A stretch of DNA of 63,303 nucleotides, the filler included, from Dimorphilus gyrociliatus (lineage: Eukaryota > Animalia > Annelida): assembly GCA_904063045.1 (NCBI GenBank). It is 3 parts of 3 records of this genome, joined end to end, with 100 filler letters (N's around TTAATTAATTAA, not from the genome) between each part and the next. Parts side by side here need not be neighbours in the genome. Positions count along the whole stretch, not along the records: positions 23,109 to 47,290 come from CAJFCJ010000168.1; positions 47,391 to 63,303 come from CAJFCJ010000227.1; 1 more part is not named here. The stretch is one strand, 5' to 3'. Below are positions 37,230 to 48,428 of the stretch, piece by piece. Below the pieces are notes generated by a model, which did no database searches, was not told where the DNA came from, and saw only the letters and a program-made list of their open reading frames with translations. How positions within the stretch are numbered: position 1 is the stretch's first letter; each line of letters starts with the position of its first letter. A program made the position numbers and the translations under genes.

Positions 37230-37617
37230 TTATTTATCCCATGCCAATGGTGTCCGGTATGTTTTTGCCTCAAGTAACAATTGCTAAAAAATTTATTATA
37301 AAAACTAGATTAAAATGGACATTTAATTTTTTATACTAACTTCCAATTGGCGTTTGAGTAGCAAGTCTTTTAAAGCATTCTTTGCATTCCATAAGGTCAT
37401 CTTTCTCTTTGATAATTTTGTTTCATCAGCAGGAAAAAGCTCTCTCAAAGATTTTACCTTGAAAAAAGAAAACAAACTCTACATATTGATATTTTGCCAG
37501 GAATAAAGATAGAATTTAATTTACCAAATCATTTGCCAAACCATTCGATTGGTGTTCAACTGATTGCATATTTGCAATCAAACTCACACAAATTACGAGT
37601 AAAATTAAAGATTTCAT
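37230..37617 (-). CDS. Three-exon 87-aa secreted prepropeptide with dibasic sites (not in ORF track)
   Basis: Exons 37617-37525, 37457-37341, 37283-37230; 67- and 57-bp phase-0 GT-AG introns. MKSLILLVICVSLIANMQSVEHQSNGLANDLVKSLRELFPADETKLSKRKMTLWNAKNALKDLLLKRQLEQLLLEAKTYRTPLAWDK*. Confidence 0.75.
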
Positions 37618-38125
37618 AGCTGTGATTACAGTGAAAGAATCTGAGAAAATAAAAAAAAAACTTCTTTTATGATATTGAAAGAAATTTGTTAGTTTTACTA
37701 AAGAAAAATAATCTGGTTTTTTATCAATGCAATTGAATATTCAAAAGAATTTTGAATAGGCCATAAGTGTATTGAAAATGCAGGGCACACCTAAAAAATT
37801 TGCATTAGAGTTAGGCCTACCAGTCTATACAAAAAATAGTATAAAATATTAGGTAAATCCAAATTCTATTGTTAACCAATCAATCAAAATGGTATTGAAA
37901 TAATGATTTTACTGTGATCAATATTTAAGAAAATAAAGAGATATTTCTTTTACCATTCCTTGTATTGTTTTAGATAATTTAGGACAAAATGTTTCTTCAG
38001 AAAAGAAATGAACTTTTTAAATCAAATTTTGTATAGAAACAAAAATTTAAATGCTCTTTTTAAAAAAAAAATGTATAATAGCAATAGTAGGCTAAAAAGA
38101 ATGTAAAAGGTATAAAGTCATTTGA

Positions 38126-39530
38126 GAACAAAAAAATAGTACAAAGTTGATACGCCCCTCATTGGTTCTAAACTTGCCTACATTCTGCCATAGTCAACAT
38201 ATTAATATTGCAACTAACCCCCACCTATTTCTCCTTACTTTACCTTTTTAATATTAAAATGGGTGCACTTGTAGGCATAGAAATATCAAAATAGTATTTA
38301 ACAATACTCTGCCTGCCTAGTGTACAACACACCCTTTTTTTATACTAGTTAAAGGTAGTTGTAGAATATACTTACAACTAAACTTAAATTCTAGTTTTTA
38401 TTAATTTGCACATCATATTTAATGATCATTAATTGTATCTTACACTATTTCATATATATTTGAAGTAGTTCATTGTCACTTCAACAAGTATTGTAAGCAC
38501 AATACTATTGTAGATGGCCAAGTGAAATTAACCTTACTCTGCCAATGGCTTATACTCAAATATTTTACTTTTGACAAACAATTATTATTAATAATTTGTG
38601 GTATTTAAAAACAGCATTATCATGACCTCTGTCTATTTTTGTGTGTTGGAACCAATCCAACATTTACCAAAAATTGTTACATCTTATGCAATTTTCTGAC
38701 CTATTGACAACAGTTTTCCTTAACAAAGCAAAGTTAACAAATATGGAACCATATTTGAACTTTCCTTTTATCCATAATGATACATTTGTTTTGCGTAGAT
38801 ATTTTTATCTATGAACTGTCAACTTTTGGAAAAGTATATAGAGCCTATGAATTTATGAATAGGGGTGAAACTGTTACCAGGTGAAACCATACCCATACTG
38901 GGTGAAACCATACCCATAGAAATATTAGGTTTTTTTAATTTTATTAATACTAAAGAAAAGTATATATAATACTAAGAAAATGATAATAGATTAAGACATA
39001 ACTTTGAAAGATAAAAGAATGGAAAAAGTGAAAAAAAACATTTAAAAAATTTATCAGAATATCTTTTCTCATTTGACTTCCACCTTTAACTATTTGAAAG
39101 TTGTCATTCTAACAGCTAACTTGGTGTTAAAACTTGCTTGTTGAGAACTAGAAACTCATTTACTCAATAAATACTCTTTGAACGAAATACTGGTGTTTTG
39201 TTGGTAAATTTCTTGTAAAGTTTAACCTGGAAAACAAGCAAATATGGAGAAAATAACTGTTGGAATCTTGTGAAAACATTTTCAAAATTATCAAAACTCA
39301 ACTGAAGATGTTTGCAGTAAAACCTATAATGATAATGATTCAGGAACCAGTATAAATTCATCTCAAGAAGAGACTGAAATTACATCAGAAGAATTAGATA
39401 AAGAAATGGAAATGGAAACTGAATGTAAAGAGTTGGTGGATGAGATAACTATTAAAGTTAAAAGAGAGCAAGAGAATATTAAAAGCAAAATGAGTACATT
39501 TTTATATTTAATAATGTTCTTCTTATTGTT
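38126..39530 (-). repeat. Right arm of the 1405-bp inverted repeat
   Basis: See the left arm. Explains the identical 65-aa ORFs at 35553 (+) and 39164 (-). Confidence 0.95.
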
Positions 39531-39584
39531 ATAGAGAAAAAGTGTATGCTTTGGTTATAAAGAATGATCAGGAATACAAAACAA

Positions 39585-39720
39585 AAACAGTAAAATTTGA
39601 GGGAGGGAGTATAATGGTTTTTGCTACATCAAAATTAATGGAAATAGGGACTTAGCTTTGGTGTCTAAGCATATGTGGATTATATTGAAATATTGAGCAG
39701 CCCCATTGTTCCAAGTGACA
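39585..39720 (+). mobile_element. Tc1 transposase fragment
   Basis: KTVKFEGGSIMVF resembles the Tc1 TVKHGGGSIMVW motif. Confidence 0.45.
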
Positions 39721-40790
39721 ACAGTGTGGCAATTTTCAGGCTGGTTAGATTTAAAGCAATATGTAATGCTCTCAAATCTTCTTCAGACTCTTTAAAAAAA
39801 ATTGCATTCAATGATTGTGGTTTAAATGGAAATGTTCACAGAATGGAAAAACATCAGCAGGAGAAAACATCCGCCATAGGAAGAAAGGAATTGAAAAAAG
39901 AAATAAACAGTAACAGTATTTAGAATGAGAAAACTCTACAAAGAATTCTATTTCATGAGAAATAGATTCCTCGACCATAATAGATGGAGCTATTGGGGAG
40001 TTCCAATCTAATAGTAAACTAAAGAGGTAAAAATTGCTACAGTTACAATGCCATAAAAAAAGTTACAACTTATGACATAATTTTCAAAATGTTCAGAAGC
40101 AAAGAACTAAGATGGACAAAAATATTACCCATTGAACAGTTGCTTATTGTATTGAATTAAAATCTAAGAAATATATTTAAAAGAATAATACTTTTTCAAA
40201 TATTTTGGTTTAAAGTGATTTTTGATAAATGTTTCTTTCTCAAAAATGTTTTCAACACTTGACCAATTGCAAAAATATCAATATATTTTCTATCTTCAAC
40301 ACAAAAATCAACATCATCAAGTACAAGATAAGGTTTATAGCCTTGAACTTCTTCCTATAAAGTGTTCATACAAAAACAAGATTTTTTGTTAAAAAAAAAA
40401 CAACATAGTTTGATGTCTTTTTTTCACCTTAAAAAAAATATTTTCAATATTAATTTTACCAGAAAAGTAGAAATTAAAATCATGGCAATTTTTCACAATT
40501 GTCACAATGTTTTTCATTGTTGATAATAAAAAATTGAATTGTAATTGTGTTTCAATTGTTTTCAAAGTCTTGAATGAGGTTACATCATAAACTTTATAAT
40601 TATTTTTTATAGACTTTAAGAATTTGATGACTGAAACAAATTTTTTTTTTATTTTGATTGAAAGGCACTAGTAACTCTAATGGTAATTACATTTTAATGA
40701 TTCTAATTGTTTAGCATTCAATATCTTTTTATTCCTTGAATGTATAGATAAGAAAAATAGAAATCATAATTAATATAAAAAAAATTAAAC

Positions 40791-42420
40791 TTACAAATCA
40801 TCTTTCTCAGCTTTTTGCCTAGCATAGAAAAAATCTCTCAACTCAATCCAATTATATATAAATGGATTTATAATGGAGTTGAAAGGTAGTATTATTATGA
40901 CAATTGCAGCGTAAACTTCCTTTTTTATTGTCAATGGGAAAAATACAGAATAAATGCCTAAAATTGAAATTGGAAAAGAGCAAATCAAATTTGTAAAAAC
41001 AATCAAAAATGTATTGATTATTATTCTTTTTTGTCTTTCTTCATATCTTTTCAGATCAAGAATTTGTTTTGTTTTAAACGTCTCATTCCAAATTTTTATA
41101 TATAAAAACATCATAACAAGACAGATCAATAAAACAAATATTCCATAAACAAGAAATGAATATAACCATCCTTCACTTTTTTCACTTGTTATATGAATTG
41201 ATATACATACTGGACTTCTTGAATAATAATTCTGAAAACATTACTCAAAAAGTGTTAAAAAAACTTCAAATCATTGGAAAAAAAAATGACATTACATTAT
41301 AGTAAAATTTAGGAAAAACTGATATTGTTCCAGTAAAAATTGAAATGAATAGAACACAAAAAATTGATTGTTTTCTTTGAAAAACATTTTTAAATGGATA
41401 GATAACTTTCATATATCTTTCAATTGTTATCAAAAATAGACTGCATATAGAGAGCAATAACATCCAACTACAAAGTATGCCTAACAAAGAACAACCTGTA
41501 CTGTATCTCCATATATAATCATTCTCAATATAATTTCCCCTGTAATGACTGTCTAAAATACCAATAATTATTAAATACACAGACACTCCAAAATCAGCCA
41601 ATGATAGGCTTAAATAGAAATAATTTCGTTTCTTTAAACTAAATATTCTTTGAAAAATGATTATTCCAGCATTTTGAAAAAAAGATAAAAAAAAAAATAA
41701 CCAAATTGCATATCTCAATAGTTTAGAATCTAATAAATCTGAACAAGAATTGAATAGAGATGATTCAGGTTTGCATTTTTGTAATAAACTGGAATATTTC
41801 CTAGCAAAACAGCAAAGTGTGAAATATTCACTTGAAATTTGTTCAATTGATTTTAAAAATTTTATTAAATATATTCCATTTTTCATTTCAATTCTAGAAT
41901 TTTTTAATGACAGCATTTTAAGATTTTTTAGTGAAATGAAAGCATTTTTTTGAATATGACTAATAGAACAACTTTGTAATTTTAAAATTGTTAATGAATT
42001 TAATCCAAAAAAGAAAAATTTATTCAAAATATTTAAATTTGTAAATGATAAATCAATTAATTTCAAATTTGAATATTGTTGAAATGAAAAATTTCTCAAT
42101 ACTAAAAATTTACTAAATCTTAAATCAATATATTGTAAATTCAATAATTTCTCTCCAAAAACAATATGTAAAATAATATTACTGAATTTTAAAACCATAG
42201 CAATAACATTTGGAAATTTCAATGCTAATGATACATTCTGTAATTGACTGTTTTCAACTGTTAAATAAGTGATTGAATACTGCTTTGGAAAATCAGTATC
42301 TTTCTTAGTATTATTTATAATTAGCATTTTAAAATTTGGTGAAATTTTCTTCAATGCAACAAATTCCACTCCATTCATACAGGATATTGTAAAATTCAAT
42401 TGTACTGCTCTTGCTGGCAA
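40791..42420 (-). CDS. LRR-containing GPCR (RXFP/GRL101-like LGR), 5' end missing or disrupted
   Basis: LRR ectodomain, hinge TLCCF, LSLADF, ITIERY, NSIINPFIY. 64-bp phase-0 intron 41295-41232 joins FYYN|NYYSRSPVC. Confidence 0.85.
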
Positions 42421-42476
42421 AATCTATGCGTTTGCAAGTTATAACAATACTGGTTCTACTCGAACCTTTAAACAAA

Positions 42477-43035
42477 TGTTTAAATTAAAACGGTTTATTC
42501 GCAATAATAATACTTAAGCAAGTAACAATATGAGAGTTCGATAGCAGAGTAGATAGTTTGTAAAAGCAGGTTGCCAAATTACCAAACTGTCTTCTAATGT
42601 TGAGGAGTAGATGGATGGTTCCAGTGGAGGTTGTTTCCAGATGATTTTCCCAGGTCCTTGGGTCCAGATGGAAGCTGCATGCCAAATGAGAATAATGAGG
42701 ATTTATATACTTTGAGGTTTGTCTCTGACATCCAATCATCACTTTACAGTTGCCGAAATGTGTAGTTCATATTTATCTTTAGTAACAGGATGTTACAAGG
42801 TTCAACATTTAGGAAGGTTAATTGAATTATAACTTGGCCACACCCTAGGCAAGTTAATTAAATTATAACTTGGCCAAACCTTTATTGGTAATTAAAGATG
42901 AGCCTTCAAGCTGACTAATCAGACTTATGTTTGGCCAATGTTATAGCATTTTCTTGCGTAGGTTTTAAGATGTACATGTATATGTTGCATAAAATAATAG
43001 AGTTCAAGCATGTAAAATATAACCAAAGTTGTACA
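42477..43035 (-). repeat. 3' LTR (approximate end)
   Basis: Starts TGTACA after polypurine tract AAAGAAGGGGGAAG (43050-43037). Contains a 36-bp-period duplication, ATTGG and TATATAAA motifs, AATAAA, and ends ...TAAACA. Confidence 0.65.
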
Positions 43036-43066
43036 ACTTCCCCCTTCTTTGTGAAGATGAGTCCCT

Positions 43067-45485
43067 TCATCTTGATTTAATGAGAATTACAGGTGGTTGT
43101 TCTTCTTCATTAGTTTGATGTTGACTAAAGCTACAACTTTGTTTCATTAGTTTTGGGTTTTCAGGAGAGTTATCTGTGCTCTCACTTGGGGTAGCAATTT
43201 CTTCTCTTTGTTTTCTTCTTCCAATAATATAGTTGAAAATGATGATACATACCATTGACACTACAATACTCAAACAAATATTTCGTATGATAACATAAAG
43301 TGTTTTCCCAGGTTTATAGTACCAACTATGGAAAAACTTTTTAATTCCAGATAAATTGGGTACAATGCCATTTTTCTCTGCAACAGTGACCATGTTATCA
43401 TACCTTGCCTGCTTCTGTTCCAGTGAACTGATAACTTGCTTAATTTTTGAGTGCTGGTATGCAATATCCTTCTTTACCCCATGGTGGAGTAGATCAGCTA
43501 ATCTGGCAATTTCAATTTTTGGTTCAGAAAGGTGATTGTGGATATGTAACTGCATGGATTTTGCAGACACAGTGTGAAATCTGCATCCTCTTTCTGAATA
43601 ATACACATACGTTTTGTCTTTCATTGGTTGGTTTCTTATAGGATTTAATGGGTTGTGAGTTGTTTTGTAGAATAACTTGTTAGACTTACACTCATTATAG
43701 GTAATCTCTTCAGGATTGACTTGCTGTAAAACATGAGTAACTGGTTCTACTTGGAAAAGCAGGTTGTTCATGGTGACAAGTAAAAATTGAGAACATTTGT
43801 TATTCTTTTTTATCATGCTTAAGTCACAAACTACTTCTGTTGAGGCTATTGGTGAACATTGTTTAATTATAGCTAATTCTCCCATCTGACTACTGTGCAT
43901 TCCCAACTCATTTGTTAACACTGTGGTCAATTGAGGATCCAAATTTGCTAGTAATGCCATCATTCTGCTTCTTTGAACAAATTGATTGCAGAGAAGACTT
44001 GACAGCTGTTAGGTTAACTTTTTTAAATTCTTAAAATTTGAATCAATACCATGTAGTAAGGTAGATGTTTGGGCAGCTTCTCTCATTTCCAATGGGAATT
44101 TGTGGTATGGGTTTTTACTTATCTTATGTTTCAGTTTTGCTTCCTTCTTCATCTGCTTTTTAGCCATTCTCATGTGTAGAGTAAAATAAATTCCTTCATA
44201 GGTAATCTTAAATTCTCTGGCTGGTGGTCCTTTATACCATATGCCCAATGTTGGTAATACCTTCTTTTTGATTCTTTTCTCACTGTATACATATTTTGAA
44301 ATCGTGACAGATTGTCTTGTTGCCCTTGTCCAATTGACTGCTTGCAGCATTTCTTGGATATAATAGTTATCCAGCTCCCAGTAAGATGGACTAATGGGTT
44401 GTTGTAGATGATATATCACAACTTCCTTGAGTGTGCCTTTATTTCTCATTAGTTTATACTTTGTGTTTGTTTCTCTGTACCATTGGTTAAGACTTGGTAA
44501 GGGGTTGTTTCGCTTGTATAGTATAATTTGTTCTTTAACTTTATTGGGATAGTTTAATAGTCGTTTTTCTTCATTTTTGCCAATCTTCTGATATTGTAGC
44601 AAATTGTATAGGTGTTCCTTGCTTGTTTCCTGTATTAAACTCTGTTCCTCCAGTGGTACTAGTACTTTTGTTCCAGGACCACCAATTCCATCAATAAACT
44701 TATCTTGATAAGGGATGTCCAGAATAGAATACCCTGGACAAGAATAGTGACCAGCAAATTTGATACAACTAATTCTGTTGCTAATTTTTATCCATGGTGA
44801 TTGTTGCCCAAGTGTGTAATTATTCTTGAGGTTCTAAAGACAATAATTGCCTCTTCTGTTCACAATAGGACTGCCCTGGTAAACAATCTTCCAGGTAGTC
44901 CAGATTAGTTGTAATTTTCATATTAGGAGGTTGCCAATATGCTTTGCCAAACTGGATAATTGTGGTGTATTCCAGCACCTTGGTCGTTGTTGGCCATGTG
45001 TAGGCAGCAGGAAACTGATCTTGGTGGATCCAAGTGTTTCTTTTCACCATTAAAGGTTTTCCTTGAAAAGATCATTTGTCTTTTATCATCTGTCTGCATT
45101 GATCATGAGTTACTTTGATAACTGAGTTAACAATCCTCCTCTTCTTTGCTCCAAAGAAATAGTAAGTGTAAAAATTAGTTCTTAGATACACTTGACATTT
45201 TACTGCTCTTGTTTCAATTTCTTCCAAGTTCAATTCATAGATATCAGCTGTAATTGTCTTGGTTTCTTGTGATTCTATATTACAAGTTGGCTCATCTGCT
45301 AGATCAAATGCCTGGCTTGGTAGTTGGTTAGAACAAAAGTATAACGGTGGTTTAAATGTTAAGGTAATGTTTGCACTTGTAACATGGGCACCTTGGTAGG
45401 ATGGTTTTGGGACTGTTATTGAGTGGATGCAGCCACAGATCACCATTACAGTCATCACTAGTGGAAGCCACAACATCTGTTTCAT
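43067..45485 (-). pseudogene. Env-like class III viral fusion glycoprotein with stops and frameshifts
   Basis: Signal/TM MKQMLWLPLVMTVMVICG; KCQVY..TYYFFGAK..DQCRQM; AYTWP; LLCNQ..LANLDPQ...MGELAIIKQCSPI; C-terminal TM LSIVVSMVCIIIFNYII. Confidence 0.7.
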
Positions 45486-47225
45486 GTTAGCTCTTCCTGT
45501 GTTGGCTATAGTTGAATGGTTGAAAATTTTGTGTTGTTGTTCCACTCTGATAGTTATTCCATCTTCTAACTCTATATATTGTGGTTCCACTTCTTGTTGG
45601 GAATCTAATTGTTCAGAGATGATTTTAGTCTCATCTAAAAATATGACTGACTCATTGTCTGTGTCACTTGTATTTTCTTTCTCATCTTGGGATGAATCTA
45701 CCACTATGAGGGACTCATTATCTGAATGGGTTATGTCAATAATTTCACCTTCAATAATTATTGACTCATTATCCGAATGGGTTATATCAATAATTTCACT
45801 TTCAATAATTATTGACTCATCGTCTGAACTAGATATTTCATCTTCTCTATCAGAGATAATGTTTGCCTCTGAATCTGTATTTTGATCCAGTTCATTATTT
45901 GTTTCTGTGTCATCACTTTCAGATGAGCTTGAAGGTTCATTGAGACTGTAATTACTGTCTGTTTTGAAAGTATTGCTTGTGTCATAACCAGTATCAGAAT
46001 TAGTAACTTCCATCTCTGAGTCATCACTATCTGAACTTTCTGATGAAGAGTCATGCTGTCCCATCATGGCTATAGTGACTTTGTTTAGTTGAGGTTGCCT
46101 TATTCTTTCAGCCAGGTTCCCTTTCCTTCTATCAAATTTGAGAGAACACTGTTTAGCTTCAAAATTGAGGTTTGCTCCCACAGTTTGTAGGAAATCACAA
46201 CCAAGTATTATTGCTATGTCTAGATTTTCCATAACTATAAATTCTTGTTCCATACTTTCTCCAGCAAATTGGATATTCAGCTTTACGCTTCCTTTTTGCT
46301 TTAAAGCTTTCCCATCAGCTGAAGTTATAATTGGTAAGCCAATTGTTTCTTTATCCATAATTGTAACATCCATTAACTTGATTTCTTTTTCAGTAATAAA
46401 GGATCTCAATGCTCCTGTGTCACACAAGGCAATGACTTCTTGGCCTTTTTGATTCTTCAAACGGAATTGGAAGTCATTTCTTCCTTCTACCTGAGAAAGA
46501 TATTGGAGGTGTGTTATTTCCTTCTCCACAAGGTGAAAGATTGTTGTTGCTTCTTTCCTTGTTTCCAACTTATTAGATTCATTGGCTAGTCTTAATCTGC
46601 TACCATGTACCAACTTGCATGTATTATCATCCATTTGTATTTCATATATCCACTTTTGATGATTGACTTTTGTTATTCGGTATGGGCCTAACCATTTTAA
46701 AGAAGGGATTTTTGTTATTGCAATTCTTGCAGCATCATTTCTTAAGAATACTTCATCATCAACCTCAAAATATTTTGGAAGATTGAGATTTCTATTCTTT
46801 CTTTCCCTATATTGTTCTTTTGCCATGATGGATTTACAGAAGGCTGTAGCTCTTAACTGTACTAATTGCTGCTGGTGATTGAATACAAATAGTACATTTG
46901 TTTCAGGAGAGGTAGTATGCATTGTTACATCAATCAGTGTTCTTGTGCTGGTGCCAAAAAGAAGTTCCTGGGGTGGTAGTCTTGTACTTCCTACAGGTGA
47001 TTGATTCAAAAATGCTTGAATCAAGGGTAGGTTTGCAACCCAGTTATGCTGATTTTCTTCCACCACTAATTTATTGATTTCCTTCCTCACTTCTCTATTT
47101 CTTCTTTCAACTAGTCCATTGCTCTGGCTTCTATAAGCTGTTGTTTGGATTTTCTCAATACCTAATACCTTCATAAACTCTTTAAAAGCTTTACCAACAA
47201 AGTTTCTTCCTTGATCTGTCAACAT
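45072..47225 (-). CDS. Polyprotein: integrase core + GPY/F, retropepsin protease, acidic spacer, env N-terminus
   Basis: LTDQGRNF..AYRSQSNGLVERRN; KWLGPY; ALCDTGA (46421-46413)..IILGCDFL; Asp/Glu/Ser-rich spacer with a duplicated 17-aa unit. Confidence 0.85.
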   Translation of the reverse strand: MLTDQGRNFVGKAFKEFMKVLGIEKIQTTAYRSQSNGLVERRNREVRKEINKLVVEENQHNWVANLPLIQAFLNQSPVGSTRLPPQELLFGTSTRTLIDVTMHTTSPETNVLFVFNHQQQLVQLRATAFCKSIMAKEQYRERKNRNLNLPKYFEVDDEVFLRNDAARIAITKIPSLKWLGPYRITKVNHQKWIYEIQMDDNTCKLVHGSRLRLANESNKLETRKEATTIFHLVEKEITHLQYLSQVEGRNDFQFRLKNQKGQEVIALCDTGALRSFITEKEIKLMDVTIMDKETIGLPIITSADGKALKQKGSVKLNIQFAGESMEQEFIVMENLDIAIILGCDFLQTVGANLNFEAKQCSLKFDRRKGNLAERIRQPQLNKVTIAMMGQHDSSSESSDSDDSEMEVTNSDTGYDTSNTFKTDSNYSLNEPSSSSESDDTETNNELDQNTDSEANIISDREDEISSSDDESIIIESEIIDITHSDNESIIIEGEIIDITHSDNESLIVVDSSQDEKENTSDTDNESVIFLDETKIISEQLDSQQEVEPQYIELEDGITIRVEQQHKIFNHSTIANTGRANMKQMLWLPLVMTVMVICGCIHSITVPKPSYQGAHVTSANITLTFKPPLYFCSNQLPSQAFDLADEPTCNIESQETKTITADIYELNLEEIETRAVKCQVYLRTNFYTYYFFGAKKRRIVNSVIKVTHDQCRQMIKDK

Positions 47226-47290
47226 TTGTTTTGGAATTCCAAAAATGGGAAAAATCTGTTGAAAAGAAGGTTTGCAATTTCTTTACTGGT

Positions 47291-47390
47291 NNNNNNNNNN
47301 NNNNNNNNNNNNNNNNNNNNNNNNNNNNNNNNNNTTAATTAATTAANNNNNNNNNNNNNNNNNNNNNNNNNNNNNNNNNNNNNNNNNNNN
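47291..47390. other. Artificial contig linker
   Basis: 44 N + TTAATTAATTAA + 44 N. Confidence 0.98.
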
Positions 47391-47444
47391 ACCACGGAGT
47401 TAGAGAAAAACAGGAAGAAATATACAGAAAGTAAAAGAAAAAAA

Positions 47445-48428
47445 ATGATAAATGAGAGTAATATTGTATCATTTACAAAAAATATAGAAAATTTCAATAG
47501 TTTTTACAAAATGAATTACAATTCAATATTTATTTTAATAACATTTGTTTACATATTTGTGGTAATTTTTGGAATTTTTGGAAATACTGTGATTATTATT
47601 ATATTTACAAAACATAAATATTACAATTCAACTCAGTATGGATTTTTTCTCAAATTTCTTGCCTGGGTTGATTTATTTGCCTGTATATTTTCAATACCAT
47701 TTGCTTATCATAGAGATATCCAAATTCTCTTTTTACCTATAACTAATCCAATTCTATGTGCATTTACCCTCATTTTAGAAACTATCTTTCCATGGATTTC
47801 ATCAACTATACTCTTATTAATTTCTCTAGAAAGATTCTTTGTTATTGTTAGACCTTTTAACAGAATTACTAAAACAAAATGGAGAATCATTACCTTCCTA
47901 TATGTTTTAACCTTGATGTCCACTTCAATTATGTATTCTGCTCATAACGATTCTGCTAAAGGAAATTTTTTATGTTATCCAACGCGAGGAGTTGGTGTTC
48001 TAAGGGTATTTGTTCTATTTATAGCATCATTTACAGTTGTTGGTGTTCCAACTGTTTCAACTGGATTATACATTGTAATGTTTTGTCAGCTAAGAAAGCA
48101 GGCTGCTTTAATTGGAAATATTGTATTAAAATCTTCAAATTCAACATATCCAAAAAGTTTTGGTGATAAAAGCAGACGAAAATCCAAAAGAAGTACAGTT
48201 AAACAAATGTTTCTTTGTTTTTATTTACTGATTGTATTTACACTATTTACTGCTCCTCTAATGCTTTCAGTTTTGAGAATATTAACAGTTCGAGAATCTC
48301 TATATTATCATACTATTTATATGAATAATGTCATTAATTTTGTTGTCTATTGTATTAAAATCAAAACTTTTAAGGAAAATGTTAGAATACTTTTTAAATG
48401 TTCATTTAAAACAAATTGCTTTTTATGA
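47445..48428 (+). CDS. Intronless rhodopsin-like (class A) orphan GPCR
   Basis: Seven hydrophobic segments; GIFGN, LAWVD, ISLERF, MNNVINFVVY. Confidence 0.85.
   Translation: MINESNIVSFTKNIENFNSFYKMNYNSIFILITFVYIFVVIFGIFGNTVIIIIFTKHKYYNSTQYGFFLKFLAWVDLFACIFSIPFAYHRDIQILFLPITNPILCAFTLILETIFPWISSTILLLISLERFFVIVRPFNRITKTKWRIITFLYVLTLMSTSIMYSAHNDSAKGNFLCYPTRGVGVLRVFVLFIASFTVVGVPTVSTGLYIVMFCQLRKQAALIGNIVLKSSNSTYPKSFGDKSRRKSKRSTVKQMFLCFYLLIVFTLFTAPLMLSVLRILTVRESLYYHTIYMNNVINFVVYCIKIKTFKENVRILFKCSFKTNCFL

Larger units (their letters stand above)
42477..47290 (-). mobile_element. Env-bearing Ty3/Gypsy-like LTR retrotransposon, 3' half (gag/RT beyond the contig end)
   Basis: Integrase with GPY motif, retropepsin, env-like glycoprotein, PPT and LTR, all on the minus strand. 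Confidence 0.8.

Noticed and set aside
35553-39361. Duplicated 65-aa ORF (35553+ and 39164-) as a real gene
   Set aside because: The identity comes from the inverted repeat; no recognisable features.
35384-39530. Polinton or Pack-MULE with long TIRs
   Set aside because: No TSD, no polB or integrase inside, and the transposon-end motifs face outward.
12122-47923. Antisense and overlapping short ORFs (e.g. 12122, 15195, 15456, 17237, 19987, 20789, 41750, 45427, 46138, 47708)
   Set aside because: Shadow frames of motif-supported genes on the opposite strand.
23281-48428. Genome-wide TGA recoding to Trp or Cys, suggested by TGA at W/C positions (dispanin, MULE ENT*, env DK*S)
   Set aside because: Both GPCR genes end in TGA and TGG is used for Trp. 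The TGA cases lie in decaying sequences.
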